Positions 9,162-19,295 of a DNA stretch of 58,367 bases are shown here, piece after piece. The notes beneath the pieces were generated by a model. That model had not been told where the DNA came from. It did no database searches and was given only the letters and a program-made list of their open reading frames with translations. A program made the translations under genes and the position numbers. How positions within the stretch are numbered: the stretch's first letter is position 1; every line of letters begins with the position of its first letter. The stretch spans positions 1-58,367 of the forward strand of contig JAHEJO010000003.1 in assembly GCA_024638805.1 (NCBI GenBank). The letters run 5' to 3'. Origin of the DNA: Acidimicrobiales bacterium. GTDB taxonomy: Bacteria; Actinomycetota; Acidimicrobiia; Acidimicrobiales; SZUA-35.

Positions 9162-9668
9162 ATGACGAGCCGTTTCTTCGAATCACCGGTCGAGCCCGCA
9201 GACTTCCGTCGCGTCCTGGGCCACTTCCCGACCGGGGTCACGATCGTGACCGCAGCGGTGGGGAATACTCCGGTAGGTGTGGCGATCGGTTCGTTCGTCT
9301 CGATCTCGCTGGACCCGCCGCTCGTCGGGTTCTTCCTCGGCAACGAGAGCACCAGCGCACCCGGGCTCCAAGAGGCTGGATCGTTCTGCGTCAACGTGCT
9401 CGCCCATGATCAGTTGGAGCTGTGTGGGACGATGGCGTCCAAAGCTGGGGACAAATTCTCGGGCTGGCAGTGGAGCCCGTCGCCCGGCTCGGGATCTCCG
9501 ATGTTCGCGGGGATTCACGCCTACATCGACTGTGCCCTCGACGACACGATCACCGTGGGTGATCACGATCTGTACGTCGGACGGGTGCTGAAACTCGACA
9601 CGGTCGAATCGATCGACCCGATGGTGTTCTACCAGGGCCGATACGGCACATTCGGGGCCGCCGGCTGA
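9162..9668 (+). CDS. Flavin reductase-like (HpaC/RutF family)
   Basis: FRRVLGHFPTGVTIVT, SISLDPPLV, GDHDLYVGRV. Confidence 0.93.
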   Translation: MTSRFFESPVEPADFRRVLGHFPTGVTIVTAAVGNTPVGVAIGSFVSISLDPPLVGFFLGNESTSAPGLQEAGSFCVNVLAHDQLELCGTMASKAGDKFSGWQWSPSPGSGSPMFAGIHAYIDCALDDTITVGDHDLYVGRVLKLDTVESIDPMVFYQGRYGTFGAAG

Positions 9669-9838
9669 CCGCGACGGCTCGCCCGTTTCCAGCGCCTTAG
9701 ATCCGTTCGAACCGCTGGGCGATTCCACCCGGAGAGCTTTCCGGCACCGGTTGGGGATGGTGAGATGGGTTTGCTGGCGAGTGGATCGTCGGTTTGTCGT
9801 GTTGTTCTTCTGTCGTCGTCTGTTCGAGTGTGATACCT

Positions 9839-10768
9839 GTGTCTTCTGCCTCCGTTCCCGCCCCCGCTCCCGGTGTCTCCTCGTTTCGGGCTTCTCCGTT
9901 TTGGGCGCTGGCCACGCTGGCCGCGCTGGTGGCGATGAGCCTCTGGGCACGAAGCGGTCTCTGGCTTCTGCTGTTCCTGGCGGTCATCATTCTGGTCCAC
10001 GAAGGAGGTCACTGGTTCTTCGCTCGGCGAAGCGGCATGCGGCCCACCGAGTTCTTCTGGGGATTCGGTCCCGAGATCATCGGCATGGATCTGAACGGCT
10101 GCCGCTACGGCGTGAAGGCCGTGTTCCTCGGCGGGTACGTCAAACTCTGGGGGATGACACCGACATCGGACCTGCCCGTCGGTATCGAGGAATCCGTCAC
10201 CTACCGATCGGCCAGTCACGCCGGTCGGCTCTCGACGATTCTGGCCGGGCCGTTCACCAACCTGGTCACTGCGGTCATCGCCTTCACCGTTGCCAATGCG
10301 CTCGAGTCCGGCCAGATCGTGTGGTCGAGCGGTTTCCTCGACATGTGGAGCGTGGTGGTCGGAACGGGTGATGCCCTCTGGACCTGGGCGACGAGTGTGA
10401 CCGCCTATGTCGGTGCGGTGTTCGACACGACCGGCGGCACCGAGGTGCCGGTCCGTTTCCTGTCCCCGGTCGCCCAGGCCGAGATCTCCGGTTGGGCCGT
10501 GGACAACGGCATCGTCATGAGCCTGAGATGGTTCGCGATCCTCAGTACGGCGATTGGAACTGTGAACCTCCTGCCGCTTCCACCGCTCGATGGAGCCCAC
10601 GCCGCGGTCGCCGTCGCCGAGAAGTTTCGTCAGGTTGTCCAACGGGACACCTCGGTGACGGTCAACGTCGCCCGACTTGAGTTTCTGGCCTACTTGACCA
10701 TCGCAGCGCTGGTCGTCTTGAGCGTCGGCGCGCTCGTGCTCGACATTCGCCTCGGGACCGGCGTCTAG
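9839..10768 (+). CDS. Site-2 protease (M50, RseP-like), no PDZ domain evident
   Basis: [26 protein letters not shown] and several TM segments. Start is uncertain (track gives 9794). Confidence 0.9.
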   Translation: MSSASVPAPAPGVSSFRASPFWALATLAALVAMSLWARSGLWLLLFLAVIILVHEGGHWFFARRSGMRPTEFFWGFGPEIIGMDLNGCRYGVKAVFLGGYVKLWGMTPTSDLPVGIEESVTYRSASHAGRLSTILAGPFTNLVTAVIAFTVANALESGQIVWSSGFLDMWSVVVGTGDALWTWATSVTAYVGAVFDTTGGTEVPVRFLSPVAQAEISGWAVDNGIVMSLRWFAILSTAIGTVNLLPLPPLDGAHAAVAVAEKFRQVVQRDTSVTVNVARLEFLAYLTIAALVVLSVGALVLDIRLGTGV

Positions 10769-10841
10769 CTCCGGTTGCCAGCGCGTCACTCCGGATTGCC
10801 TCGGTCCGGAACGGATCGTCAACACGCCCTAGGCTCGCCAT

Positions 10842-11360
10842 ATGCCCATTTATGCGCTCGGCGATGTCGAGCCCACGATCTCTTCCGACGCTTTCGTTCA
10901 CCCCGACGCCACGATCATCGGCGATGTACGCATCGGCGCGCAATCGTCGGTCTGGCCGCAGGCGGTTCTCCGGGGAGACGAAGGGCCGATCTACGTCGGA
11001 AGACGAAGTTCGATCCAGGATGGCACGGTCGTGCACACGGTTCGGGAGCATCCGACGACGATCGGCAACCACTGCACGATCGGGCACATCGTTCATCTGG
11101 AGGGGTGCACGATCGAGGATCACGCGCTGGTCGGCAACGGAGCGATCGTCCTGCACCGAGCGATCGTGCGGTCGTGGTCGCTCGTTGGCGCCAACGCGGT
11201 GGTTACCAATGACACTGAGGTGCCATCGGGGGCCCTGGCCCTGGGGGTTCCGGCCAAGATCCGTCCCGACGCCGCCAGCCCCGATCTCATTCGTACGAGC
11301 GCCGACGCCTACATCGAGCGCGTCGAGGTCTACCGCCGGGGGCTGCGCCGGCTCGATTGA
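10842..11360 (+). CDS. Gamma-class carbonic anhydrase family (hexapeptide repeat)
   Basis: [23 protein letters not shown]-x3-EGC, GVPAK. Confidence 0.93.
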   Translation: MPIYALGDVEPTISSDAFVHPDATIIGDVRIGAQSSVWPQAVLRGDEGPIYVGRRSSIQDGTVVHTVREHPTTIGNHCTIGHIVHLEGCTIEDHALVGNGAIVLHRAIVRSWSLVGANAVVTNDTEVPSGALALGVPAKIRPDAASPDLIRTSADAYIERVEVYRRGLRRLD

Positions 11361-11389
11361 TCGGCCGGACCTCCCATACCGTCGGGTCG

Positions 11390-11430
11390 ATTGTTACAAT
11401 ATGAATAGGAGAAATTCGTCTGTCCGACTA
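11390..11430 (+). promoter_or_regulatory. sufB promoter region with palindrome overlapping the -10 (candidate operator)
   Basis: ATTGT-T-ACAAT (11390-11400) contains TACAAT. AT-rich stretch follows, then AGGAG SD. Confidence 0.45.
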
Positions 11431-11442
11431 GGAGTGCCCTCG

Positions 11443-12846
11443 ATGACGGTGACAAGTGACAACCTCGATCTCGGCAAGTACAAGCTTGGTTGGAGCGATG
11501 CCGAAGACTACATATTCAAACCCAAGCGGGGTCTCAACACCGACATCGTGAATGAGATGTCGTGGATGAAGGGCGAGCCCGACTGGATGCTCAAGCGGCG
11601 GCTGAAGGCGCTGCGCCATTTCGAGAAGCGTCCCATGCCGACCTGGGGCGGCGACATGTCCCAGATCTACTTCGACGACATCTTCTACTACATCAAACCC
11701 ACCGAAGGTCAGGTCGATCAATGGGACGAGCTGCCCGACGCCATCAAGGACACCTACGAAAAGCTCGGTATCCCGGAGGCGGAGCGGAAGTACCTGGCCG
11801 GCGTGACCGCCCAGTACGAGTCAGAGGTTGTCTTCCACAGAAACCGCGAGGATCTGGAGCGCCAGGGTGTCATCTTCACTGACATGGACACCGCCTTGCG
11901 GGAACACCCCGAACTCGTGAAGCAGTATTTCGGGAAGATCATCCCCGCCAACGACAACAAATTCTCGTCGCTCAACACCGCGGTGTGGTCCGGGGGCTCG
12001 TTCATCTACGTCCCGCCCGGCGTCGAGGTGGCAATGCCGCTCCAGGCCTACTTCCGTATCAACGCCGAGAACATGGGCCAATTCGAACGAACGCTCATCA
12101 TCGCCGACGAGGGCTCGAAGGTTCACTACATCGAAGGCTGCTCGGCGCCGGTGTACACCAGCGACTCCCTTCACTCAGCGGTCGTCGAAATCGTTGTGAA
12201 GCCGAGCGCTCACGTGACCTACACGACGATCCAGAACTGGTCGAACAACGTGTTCAACCTGGTCACCAAACGCGCCTACGTCGAAGCCGAGGGCCACATG
12301 GAGTGGATCGACGGCAACATCGGCTCGCGCCTGACCCAGAAGTACCCTGCGGTGTGGCTGGCTGGACCCAGGGCCACCGGCGAAGTGCTCAGCGTCGCAT
12401 ACGCCGGTGCCGGTCAGCACCAGGACACCGGCGCCAAGATGGTCCACGCCGCCCCCGAGACGTCCAGCAAGATCGTGTCCAAGTCGATCAGCAAAGACGG
12501 CGGACGGTCCTCCTACCGCGGTCTGGTTCGGGTCGAAGAGGATGCCTACGGTTGCAAGAGCCACGTGCAGTGCGATGCCCTGATACTCGATGACCACTCG
12601 GTGTCCGACACCTACCCGTACATGGAGATCGGTACCCGCGACGCCCAGATCGGCCACGAGGCAACCGTTTCCAAGGTTGCCGACGACCAGCTCTTCTACC
12701 TGATGAGCCGGGGTCTGTCGGAGGAGCAGGCGATCGGCATGGTCGTCAACGGCTTCATCGAGCCAGTGACCCGGACCCTGCCGATGGAGTATGCGGTGGA
12801 GTGGAGTCGGCTGATCGAACTCCAGATGGAAGGGTCGGTCGGCTGA
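11443..12846 (+). CDS. sufB: Fe-S cluster assembly protein SufB
   Basis: [56 protein letters not shown] end. Confidence 0.98.
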   Translation: MTVTSDNLDLGKYKLGWSDAEDYIFKPKRGLNTDIVNEMSWMKGEPDWMLKRRLKALRHFEKRPMPTWGGDMSQIYFDDIFYYIKPTEGQVDQWDELPDAIKDTYEKLGIPEAERKYLAGVTAQYESEVVFHRNREDLERQGVIFTDMDTALREHPELVKQYFGKIIPANDNKFSSLNTAVWSGGSFIYVPPGVEVAMPLQAYFRINAENMGQFERTLIIADEGSKVHYIEGCSAPVYTSDSLHSAVVEIVVKPSAHVTYTTIQNWSNNVFNLVTKRAYVEAEGHMEWIDGNIGSRLTQKYPAVWLAGPRATGEVLSVAYAGAGQHQDTGAKMVHAAPETSSKIVSKSISKDGGRSSYRGLVRVEEDAYGCKSHVQCDALILDDHSVSDTYPYMEIGTRDAQIGHEATVSKVADDQLFYLMSRGLSEEQAIGMVVNGFIEPVTRTLPMEYAVEWSRLIELQMEGSVG

Positions 12847-12868
12847 GAGGTGTCAAACCGGGCGCTGC

Positions 12869-13243
12869 TCAGCGCCCGAACTTGCGAAACGGCCACCATC
12901 GGCCCATCCGCAAGCGACCCTCCCGTGAAGCTTGTTCCTCTTCGACCTCGGCTCGTATCTCCGGTCCGGCGGCGTTGATGATGTCCTCGGCCGCATCGAG
13001 CAGAGCACCGATCGATTCGTCGTCGCTGACACCCTCGGGCGCCGGAGGGGTCCTCGGTGTCACCAACGAGCCGTGGTTCCAGGCGACATCGGCCAATCGT
13101 CGCTCGAACTTGGGGCAGTCCGCAGGGCACTCCCACGGTGCTTTCGGGGCGAGATCGAGAGCGCATTTCCGTACGGTGTCACCGGTCGGATAGGTGCGCG
13201 TCTGATAGTGCTTACAATCACTTCGCATCGGCACACCTGCCAT
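12869..13243 (-). CDS. Small Cys-rich hypothetical protein
   Basis: CKHY...CALD...CPADCPKF followed by a helical C-terminus. Start 13243 or 13228. Confidence 0.75.
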   Translation of the reverse strand: MAGVPMRSDCKHYQTRTYPTGDTVRKCALDLAPKAPWECPADCPKFERRLADVAWNHGSLVTPRTPPAPEGVSDDESIGALLDAAEDIINAAGPEIRAEVEEEQASREGRLRMGRWWPFRKFGR

Positions 13244-13268
13244 TGTGTCACGGCTAAGGTCGGACTCC

Positions 13269-13982
13269 ATGGCGACACCGCACATCGCAGCGGAGCACGG
13301 TGACTTTGCCCAGACCGTGCTGATGCCCGGGGATCCACTACGGGCCAAGATGATCGCAGAGCGGTACCTCGACGATGCGCGCCAGGTCAACGAGGTCAGG
13401 AACATGCTTGGCTTCACCGGAACCTACAAGGGTGTGGCGGTCAGCATCCAGGGTTCCGGGATGGGGGTGCCGTCCATACAGATCTACGCTTCGGAACTCT
13501 TCGACTCATTCGGGGTCGAACGGATCATGAGGGTCGGATCGTGCGGGGCGATCCAGCCCGATCTCGGGCTCCGCACGCTCATCATTGCGAGCGGCGCCGG
13601 CACCGACAGCAACGTCAATCGGGTCAGGGCCGGCGGACACGACTACGCCGCCACCGCCGACTTCTCCATGATGCGCGCCGCGGTGGATGCCGCCGCGAGC
13701 GCCGGGATCGATGCGGTGGTCGGGCGGATCTTCACCAGCGACTACTTCTACCACCCCGATCCGGCCGAAAACGAGCGACTGGCCGGCGCCGGGTTTCTTG
13801 CCGTCGAGATGGAAGCGGCCGCACTGTACGGCGTGGCGATCGAACGTCGGAAGGCAGCGTTGACGCTTGTTACGGTCAGCGATCAACTCATCACCGGCGA
13901 GAGGATGACCGTCGAGGAGCGGCAGGAAACCCTCGACCATATGATTCTCGTCGCTCTCGAGTCCACCCGCGCGCTGAGCTGA
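13269..13982 (+). CDS. deoD: Purine nucleoside phosphorylase (DeoD-type)
   Basis: TPHI, MPGDPLRA, RNMLGFTG, GMGVPS, RVGSCGA, VEMEAA. Confidence 0.96.
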   Translation: MATPHIAAEHGDFAQTVLMPGDPLRAKMIAERYLDDARQVNEVRNMLGFTGTYKGVAVSIQGSGMGVPSIQIYASELFDSFGVERIMRVGSCGAIQPDLGLRTLIIASGAGTDSNVNRVRAGGHDYAATADFSMMRAAVDAAASAGIDAVVGRIFTSDYFYHPDPAENERLAGAGFLAVEMEAAALYGVAIERRKAALTLVTVSDQLITGERMTVEERQETLDHMILVALESTRALS

Positions 13983-14016
13983 CACAGTAGCCGAGCGGCG
14001 CAACGGCTGAACGGCT

Positions 14017-15057
14017 CTACAGGAGGCTCTTCAACCGTTCGATCGTCTGGAGTGCGTCGCCGGTCGGATGAACCGAGAGGTGGGTGACGCCGGCCTCGGC
14101 GAAGGAGGCGATCTGGTCCTTCACCCGACCGGGAGGGCCGACCAGGTTGGAGTTCTCCAGGAACTCTGTGGGGATCGCTTCTGCCGCCGCCTTCTTGTTC
14201 CCCGAGAGGTACAGGTCCTGGATCTCTCGGGCCTCTTCCTCGTAGCCGTAGCGTTGGAAGACCGTGTTGTAGAAGTTCTTCTCGCGCGCTCCCATTCCAC
14301 CCACGTAGAGGGCGACCGAATCACGGGCGAGGTCGAGCACCTCGGTACGCGCCGTGCCGGTGTACTCCTCGCCGATCGCCGCCAGGCCGCCGGCAGAGAT
14401 CTGCAGCGGTCCCAGGGAGGGATCGCGCCGGGCCAGGCCGGCAGCAACGTCCACGCCCCATACCTTCTGGTACTTCGTCGGATCGAACAGTGTGGGGAGC
14501 CAGCCGTCGGCGTGGCGGGCCGTTGCCTTCACGCTCAGACCCATGAGACTCGCCCAGAAGATCGGAACCGAATCACGGACGGGATGATTGATCAGCTTGA
14601 GAGGCTTCCCGAGACCGGTGCCCTGCTCGGCAGGCAGCGGAATGGTCATCGTCGGCCCGTCGTACTCCAGCTTCTCGCGCCGGAGTGCGATACGGATGAC
14701 ATTGATGCAGTCGCGAATCCTCGGCATCGGCTTGTCGTACGCGACGCCGTGGAAACCTTCGATGACCTGAGGTCCCGACGCGCCGAGGCCCAGGACGAAA
14801 CGCCCGTCGGACACGAAGTCGAGGCCGGCAGCGGTCTGCGCAAGGCAGGCCGCGGTTCGGCTGTAGACGTTGAGGATCCCGGCACCGATCTCGATGGTGC
14901 TGGTGGAGGCGGCAAGGTAGCCCATCTGGCTGACCGAGTCGAAGCTGTATGCCTCGGGAACCCAGACCAGGTCGAGTCCTGCCCTCTCGAGATCCTGGAC
15001 CTTGTTGACGTCGGCCTTGAAATCTCCTGAGTAGCTGATCATCATCGAGAGCTTCAT
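14017..15057 (-). CDS. LLM-class (probably F420-dependent) oxidoreductase
   Basis: WVPEAYSFD, SDGRFVLGLGASGPQVIEGFHG, ADGW, LYVGGMG. Confidence 0.93.
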   Translation of the reverse strand: MKLSMMISYSGDFKADVNKVQDLERAGLDLVWVPEAYSFDSVSQMGYLAASTSTIEIGAGILNVYSRTAACLAQTAAGLDFVSDGRFVLGLGASGPQVIEGFHGVAYDKPMPRIRDCINVIRIALRREKLEYDGPTMTIPLPAEQGTGLGKPLKLINHPVRDSVPIFWASLMGLSVKATARHADGWLPTLFDPTKYQKVWGVDVAAGLARRDPSLGPLQISAGGLAAIGEEYTGTARTEVLDLARDSVALYVGGMGAREKNFYNTVFQRYGYEEEAREIQDLYLSGNKKAAAEAIPTEFLENSNLVGPPGRVKDQIASFAEAGVTHLSVHPTGDALQTIERLKSLL

Positions 15058-15143
15058 GATCGAGAAGGCTAGTCGTCGGGGCTGAGCCCAGCGGAAGCGA
15101 CGCCGGGGACGGGGAGCTGTTCCCGTTGGCTACTGTGCAGCGC

Positions 15144-15995
15144 ATGTCCGATCATCGACTGCCACCGGTGGTCTCTCCCAGCTGGTTGGCGGACAACGCC
15201 GACGACGTCGTGATCTGCGACGTTCGGATGCTGGCCGAACCCGATCTGGCTCGACGCCGGTTCGAAGAGGCGCACCTGCCGGGGGCGCGGCTGGTCGATC
15301 TCGACCGCGACCTGGCCGCGCCGGCTGCAGCTCAACTCGGGCGCCACCCTCTGCCGACACCGGAGGCGTTCGCCGACACCCTCGCCAGACTCGGAATCGC
15401 TGGCGACGCCGGCATCGTTGCCTACGACGATGCGAACGGCGCACTAGCAGCCCGCCTGGTGTGGATGCTTCGCGCACTCGGCGATGATGCGGCTCTCCTC
15501 GACGGGGGCAGCGCCGCGTGGGAAGGTCCCCTCGATCACGGTCCGGTCTCCCTGGGCCCGGTCGAACGTCGCGTCCGGCCGTGGCCTCGTGGTCTGCTCG
15601 CCGATGCCGACGACGTGCGGTCGGCGATCGATCAGGGGCTACCGGTGATCGACTCGCGATCCGCCGAGCGATTTCGAGGCGAGATCGAACCGATCGATGC
15701 CGTCGCCGGGCACATACCGGGAGCGGTGAATCTGCCGTTCGTCCGACACTTCGAGCCGGCTGGGCGTCTCCGGTCGGCCGATGAGATCACCGGCGCCTTC
15801 CTCTCGATCGGGGTCCCATCGTTGGACGATGGCCCCATCGTGTACTGCGGTTCGGGTGTCACCGCTTGTGTGAACCTGCTCGCAGCTGAGCATTCGGGAC
15901 TCGGAGCGGGGCGACTCTACGTCGGTTCGTGGTCGGGTTGGTCGACGACCGAAGGGCTCCCGGTCGCCACCGGCGACGGCTCATCGCCGTTTTGA
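15144..15995 (+). CDS. Sulfurtransferase (tandem rhodanese, SseA-like)
   Basis: HLPGA, GRHPLP, GHIPGA, YCGSGVTAC, LYVGSWSGW. Confidence 0.94.
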   Translation: MSDHRLPPVVSPSWLADNADDVVICDVRMLAEPDLARRRFEEAHLPGARLVDLDRDLAAPAAAQLGRHPLPTPEAFADTLARLGIAGDAGIVAYDDANGALAARLVWMLRALGDDAALLDGGSAAWEGPLDHGPVSLGPVERRVRPWPRGLLADADDVRSAIDQGLPVIDSRSAERFRGEIEPIDAVAGHIPGAVNLPFVRHFEPAGRLRSADEITGAFLSIGVPSLDDGPIVYCGSGVTACVNLLAAEHSGLGAGRLYVGSWSGWSTTEGLPVATGDGSSPF

Positions 15996-16045
15996 CCACG
16001 GCTCGGCTGGCCCCTCCGGACCAGGTGGGCGGTAGTTTTGAGCTC

Positions 16046-17290
16046 GTGAGCTTTCCATTCACCGGTGATCGAGCAGCCGAACTAGGCGCTGACCCGGCCC
16101 GTGCGTCCGCCGCGCGTGCCGCGGTCGAGACCGGCCTGCCCGACACCTCCGCCGAGGTGTGGCGATACAGCCCGGTCGCTGAACTCGACCTCGATGGTCT
16201 CCGACCGGTCACCGCAGCACCGGAACACCCGATTCCGGCCCCGGCACACTACGACGAGGAGGTGGCCGGGATCACGGTTGCCGCAACCGTCACCGTCGTC
16301 GACGGATTCGTGACCTCGATCGATGTCGCAGATGGCTGGCGTGCCAAGGGGCTGAACATCTCTGCCGAACCGGTTTCGGTTCCCGCACTCGAGGAGCCCC
16401 CGAACTTCTTCGATCACCTCTACACCGCCTTCGCTCCCGATGGGGTGTGCATCGAGATCAGCCCCGACCTGGTGGTCACGGATCCCATTCTGATCCGGAG
16501 TCACCTGACGGCCGACGCTGCCGGTTTCATCGGTCTCCAGGTGCGCCTCGGGTCCGATTCCGAGGCTACCGTCTTCGAATACCAGACCTCTGAGGGGGGC
16601 GGCCTCGCCGTCCCGATGACCGTGTTCGACCTCGGAGCCGGGGCCCACCTCCGCCACACCTACTTGCAGGACCTTCAGCACACCTCCTGGCAGGTCGGGC
16701 GAATGATCAGCAACGTCGCAGAGCACGCCACCCTGTCCAGTGGGCTGCTCGCCTTCGGCGGTCGCTACGGTCGGCTCAGAACCGACACCTCCCTCAATGG
16801 GCGCGGAGCCAAAGGCGAGTTGATCGGCGCCTACTTCTGCGACGGGAACCAGATCCTCGACTACCGGACGTTTCAACAGCACGCCGCCCCCGACACGATC
16901 AGCGACCTTCTCTTCAAAGGTACGGTCGACGACGAAGCGGGTTCGGTGTACACCGGAATGATCCACATCCATCCCGAAGGTGCCGGATCCAACGCCTTCC
17001 AGACCAACCGCAACGTCAAGCTCGGAGAGGATGCGTGGGCCTGGAGCGTTCCGAATCTCGAGATCGAGAACAACGATGTGCGGTGCAGCCACGCCAGCAC
17101 GGTCAGCCCGGTTGATCCGGACCAGCGGTTCTATCTCCATTCGCGGGGAGTTCCGCCGACGATCGCCGACCGGCTGATAGTCGCAGGATTCTTCGAAGAA
17201 GCCCTTCGGCGCATGCCCGTTGTGCCGGCGGCGAGGATTGCGCGTGCGTTGATCTCCGACAAACTCGACCATCGACTGGCCAGCCGATGA
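16046..17290 (+). CDS. sufD: Fe-S cluster assembly protein SufD
   Basis: EVWRYS, beta-helix region, SVPNLEI, VRCSHAS, FYLHSRG. GTG 16046 has TAGTTT 7 nt upstream. Confidence 0.93.
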   Translation: MSFPFTGDRAAELGADPARASAARAAVETGLPDTSAEVWRYSPVAELDLDGLRPVTAAPEHPIPAPAHYDEEVAGITVAATVTVVDGFVTSIDVADGWRAKGLNISAEPVSVPALEEPPNFFDHLYTAFAPDGVCIEISPDLVVTDPILIRSHLTADAAGFIGLQVRLGSDSEATVFEYQTSEGGGLAVPMTVFDLGAGAHLRHTYLQDLQHTSWQVGRMISNVAEHATLSSGLLAFGGRYGRLRTDTSLNGRGAKGELIGAYFCDGNQILDYRTFQQHAAPDTISDLLFKGTVDDEAGSVYTGMIHIHPEGAGSNAFQTNRNVKLGEDAWAWSVPNLEIENNDVRCSHASTVSPVDPDQRFYLHSRGVPPTIADRLIVAGFFEEALRRMPVVPAARIARALISDKLDHRLASR

Positions 17291-17619
17291 CAACGACGAC
17301 CCTGCGACTCATGCCCTTCGATGAACTGGGCGTCGATTCGGCGGTGAAGGTCGAAATCGAAGGCCACCGGCTGGCGGTCATCCGGATCGGCGATGATCTG
17401 TACGTGATCGGCGACGAATGCAGCCACGCCGACTTCTCCCTCGCCGAGGGAGAAGTCGATGCCGACGAGCACACCATCGAGTGCTGGAAACACGGATCGA
17501 CGTTCAGCGTGCTCGATGGGGCCCCTACATGCCTCCCGGCAACGAAACCTGTTCCGACCTACGACGCCCAAGTTGTCGACGGTGTGGTCACCGTGACAGT
17601 CGAGCAGGGGACATCATGA
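17287..17619 (+). CDS. Rieske 2Fe-2S ferredoxin (SUF-associated)
   Basis: CSH and CWKH Rieske ligands. ATGA overlaps with both sufD and sufC. Confidence 0.94.
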   Translation: MTTTTLRLMPFDELGVDSAVKVEIEGHRLAVIRIGDDLYVIGDECSHADFSLAEGEVDADEHTIECWKHGSTFSVLDGAPTCLPATKPVPTYDAQVVDGVVTVTVEQGTS

Positions 17620-18404
17620 GCGAACTCGTCATCGACCAGCTTGCCGTACGAGTCGGTGGCAAGACAATCCTGTCGGGGGTCTCGCTGACGGTCCGCTCCG
17701 GAGAGGTACATGCTGTGATGGGGCCGAACGGAGCGGGCAAGAGCACGCTGTCCAACGCCGTCATGGGCCGAGCTGGTTATGACGTCGCAAGCGGCTCGAT
17801 GCGACTCGACGGCCGAGAACTCCTGGCGCTGGAGACATGGGAACGCGCCCAAGCCGGTCTCTTCTACGCAATGCAAGCGCCCACAGAAGTGCCCGGCGTC
17901 AGCCTCGAGGACATGTTGGCAGCCGCGATCGGTGCGTCCGGGGGAGCGGCCGGCGACCTCGGCGAGCGTCTGCAGACCGAAGCGGCGGCCGTCGGTTTCG
18001 ATCTAGCCCTGCTCGACCGATCCTTGAACGTCGACCTCAGCGGCGGCGAGAAGAAGCGCTCCGAGACCATACAGATGAGCGTCCTCCATCCTCGGATCGC
18101 CCTGATCGATGAACTCGACTCCGGCCTCGACGTCGATGGTCTCAGGACCGTTGCCCGGCGCATCGAACAGCTGACCGAAAGCGGGATGGGCGTCCTCGTC
18201 ATCACCCACTTCCCACGATTGCTGCACGAACTCAAAGCCGACCAGGTCCATGTTCTGGCCCAGGGACGGATCGTGGCCTCGGGCGGTCCCGAACTGGCGC
18301 TCGAACTCGAGCGCACCGGTTACGGCGACTACCTGGAGGATGAGCCCCCCGTGTCCCCGGCCGCTTCACGACCCCAGATCGACGATCCGTTCTTCATGGG
18401 CTGA
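17616..18404 (+). CDS. sufC: Fe-S cluster assembly ATPase SufC
   Basis: VHAVMGPNGAGKST, LSGGEKKR, DELDSGLDVD, ITH. Confidence 0.96.
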   Translation: MSELVIDQLAVRVGGKTILSGVSLTVRSGEVHAVMGPNGAGKSTLSNAVMGRAGYDVASGSMRLDGRELLALETWERAQAGLFYAMQAPTEVPGVSLEDMLAAAIGASGGAAGDLGERLQTEAAAVGFDLALLDRSLNVDLSGGEKKRSETIQMSVLHPRIALIDELDSGLDVDGLRTVARRIEQLTESGMGVLVITHFPRLLHELKADQVHVLAQGRIVASGGPELALELERTGYGDYLEDEPPVSPAASRPQIDDPFFMG

Positions 18405-18992
18405 GCGTCCCACCGGGGGCGACGCCAGAAGGAGCTCCAGCACCGTCGTCGTCCTGTGACGGATGGCCTCGGTCACCATGTCATTGTCGAATACCCCGGC
18501 CCGACGGGCCGCCGCGCTCGGGAAGTCGACCAGAGCCAGAACCACATCCAGCGGGTTGATCCGCCGAACCTCTGCAACGTGGTTGATCATGTCGGCCAAC
18601 CGCTGGTTCTCCGTTGCGATGTCGACCCGTATCTCGGTCGGCCAGTCGTTGTCGATCAGATCCTCGGTACGGAAACGTAGGAGCAGGGCCGCACCCACCG
18701 GATCATGTTCGATCCAGCCGAACACCGAGTTCACCACCCGGCCCGCCAGATCCGGATCGGTCGGTCGATCGAGCGTTCGTTCGATGCTGTCGTGGAAGCT
18801 GCGCACCGTGCGGACCCACAGCGAGCCCAGGAGGTGCTGTCGAGTCGGAAAACGATGGTAGATCGATCCACTCGGCGCCCCCAGCCGAGCAGCGACACCA
18901 CTGACCGATGCACCGCCCAGGCCGGCGTTGGTCACCTCCTCGGCCATCGCGGTCAGGATCATTTCGTCGTCGTATTTCGGAGAACGAGCCAC
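18366..18992 (-). CDS. TetR/AcrR family regulator
   Basis: N-terminal HTH (VAARLGAPSGSIYHRFPTR). Its 3' end overlaps sufC by 39 bp. Confidence 0.9.
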   Translation of the reverse strand: MARSPKYDDEMILTAMAEEVTNAGLGGASVSGVAARLGAPSGSIYHRFPTRQHLLGSLWVRTVRSFHDSIERTLDRPTDPDLAGRVVNSVFGWIEHDPVGAALLLRFRTEDLIDNDWPTEIRVDIATENQRLADMINHVAEVRRINPLDVVLALVDFPSAAARRAGVFDNDMVTEAIRHRTTTVLELLLASPPVGRSAHEERIVDLGS

Positions 18993-19201
18993 GGTCCAAC
19001 GAGACTAATCGCTGGCACCGGGGCCACTGAGGACGTCCTGATCGTGATCGGTCACATCTCGAAGCCGAAAGAATGCGAACCGGGCTCTCAACATCGGTCG
19101 CGAACCTCCGATGGATAGACACGCCAATCGCCTTCGAGGGCGTGCGGGCGGAGTACAGAGAACAACGCCGGTTTTTCTCCCCTTGCCGGTTCATGTTCTC
19201 C

Positions 19202-19229
19202 TCGGCCGGACCCTACGGGGTCCGGCCGA
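19202..19229. repeat. Perfect 12-bp hairpin with cUACGg loop on the + strand; possible terminator or stabiliser
   Basis: TCGGCCGGACCC-TACG-GGGTCCGGCCGA. Confidence 0.75.
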
Positions 19230-19241
19230 AACTGTTGTACG

Positions 19242-19282
19242 GTCCTCACTCCTCGGCTGCGCCTTGTCGTTCGGCTCGCTGT
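19242..19282. repeat. Shortened copy of the intergenic repeat element, downstream of rsgA
   Basis: GTCCTCACTCCTCGG (identical to 1021-1035) and GTCGTTCGGCTCGCTGT. Confidence 0.85.
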
Positions 19283-19295
19283 TGCCAGATGTCGG

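Noticed and set aside
18993-19200. ORF starting at ATG 19194 with an AGGAG SD
   Set aside because: It runs out of frame deep into tetR, has low-complexity Arg/Ser content and shows no motifs.
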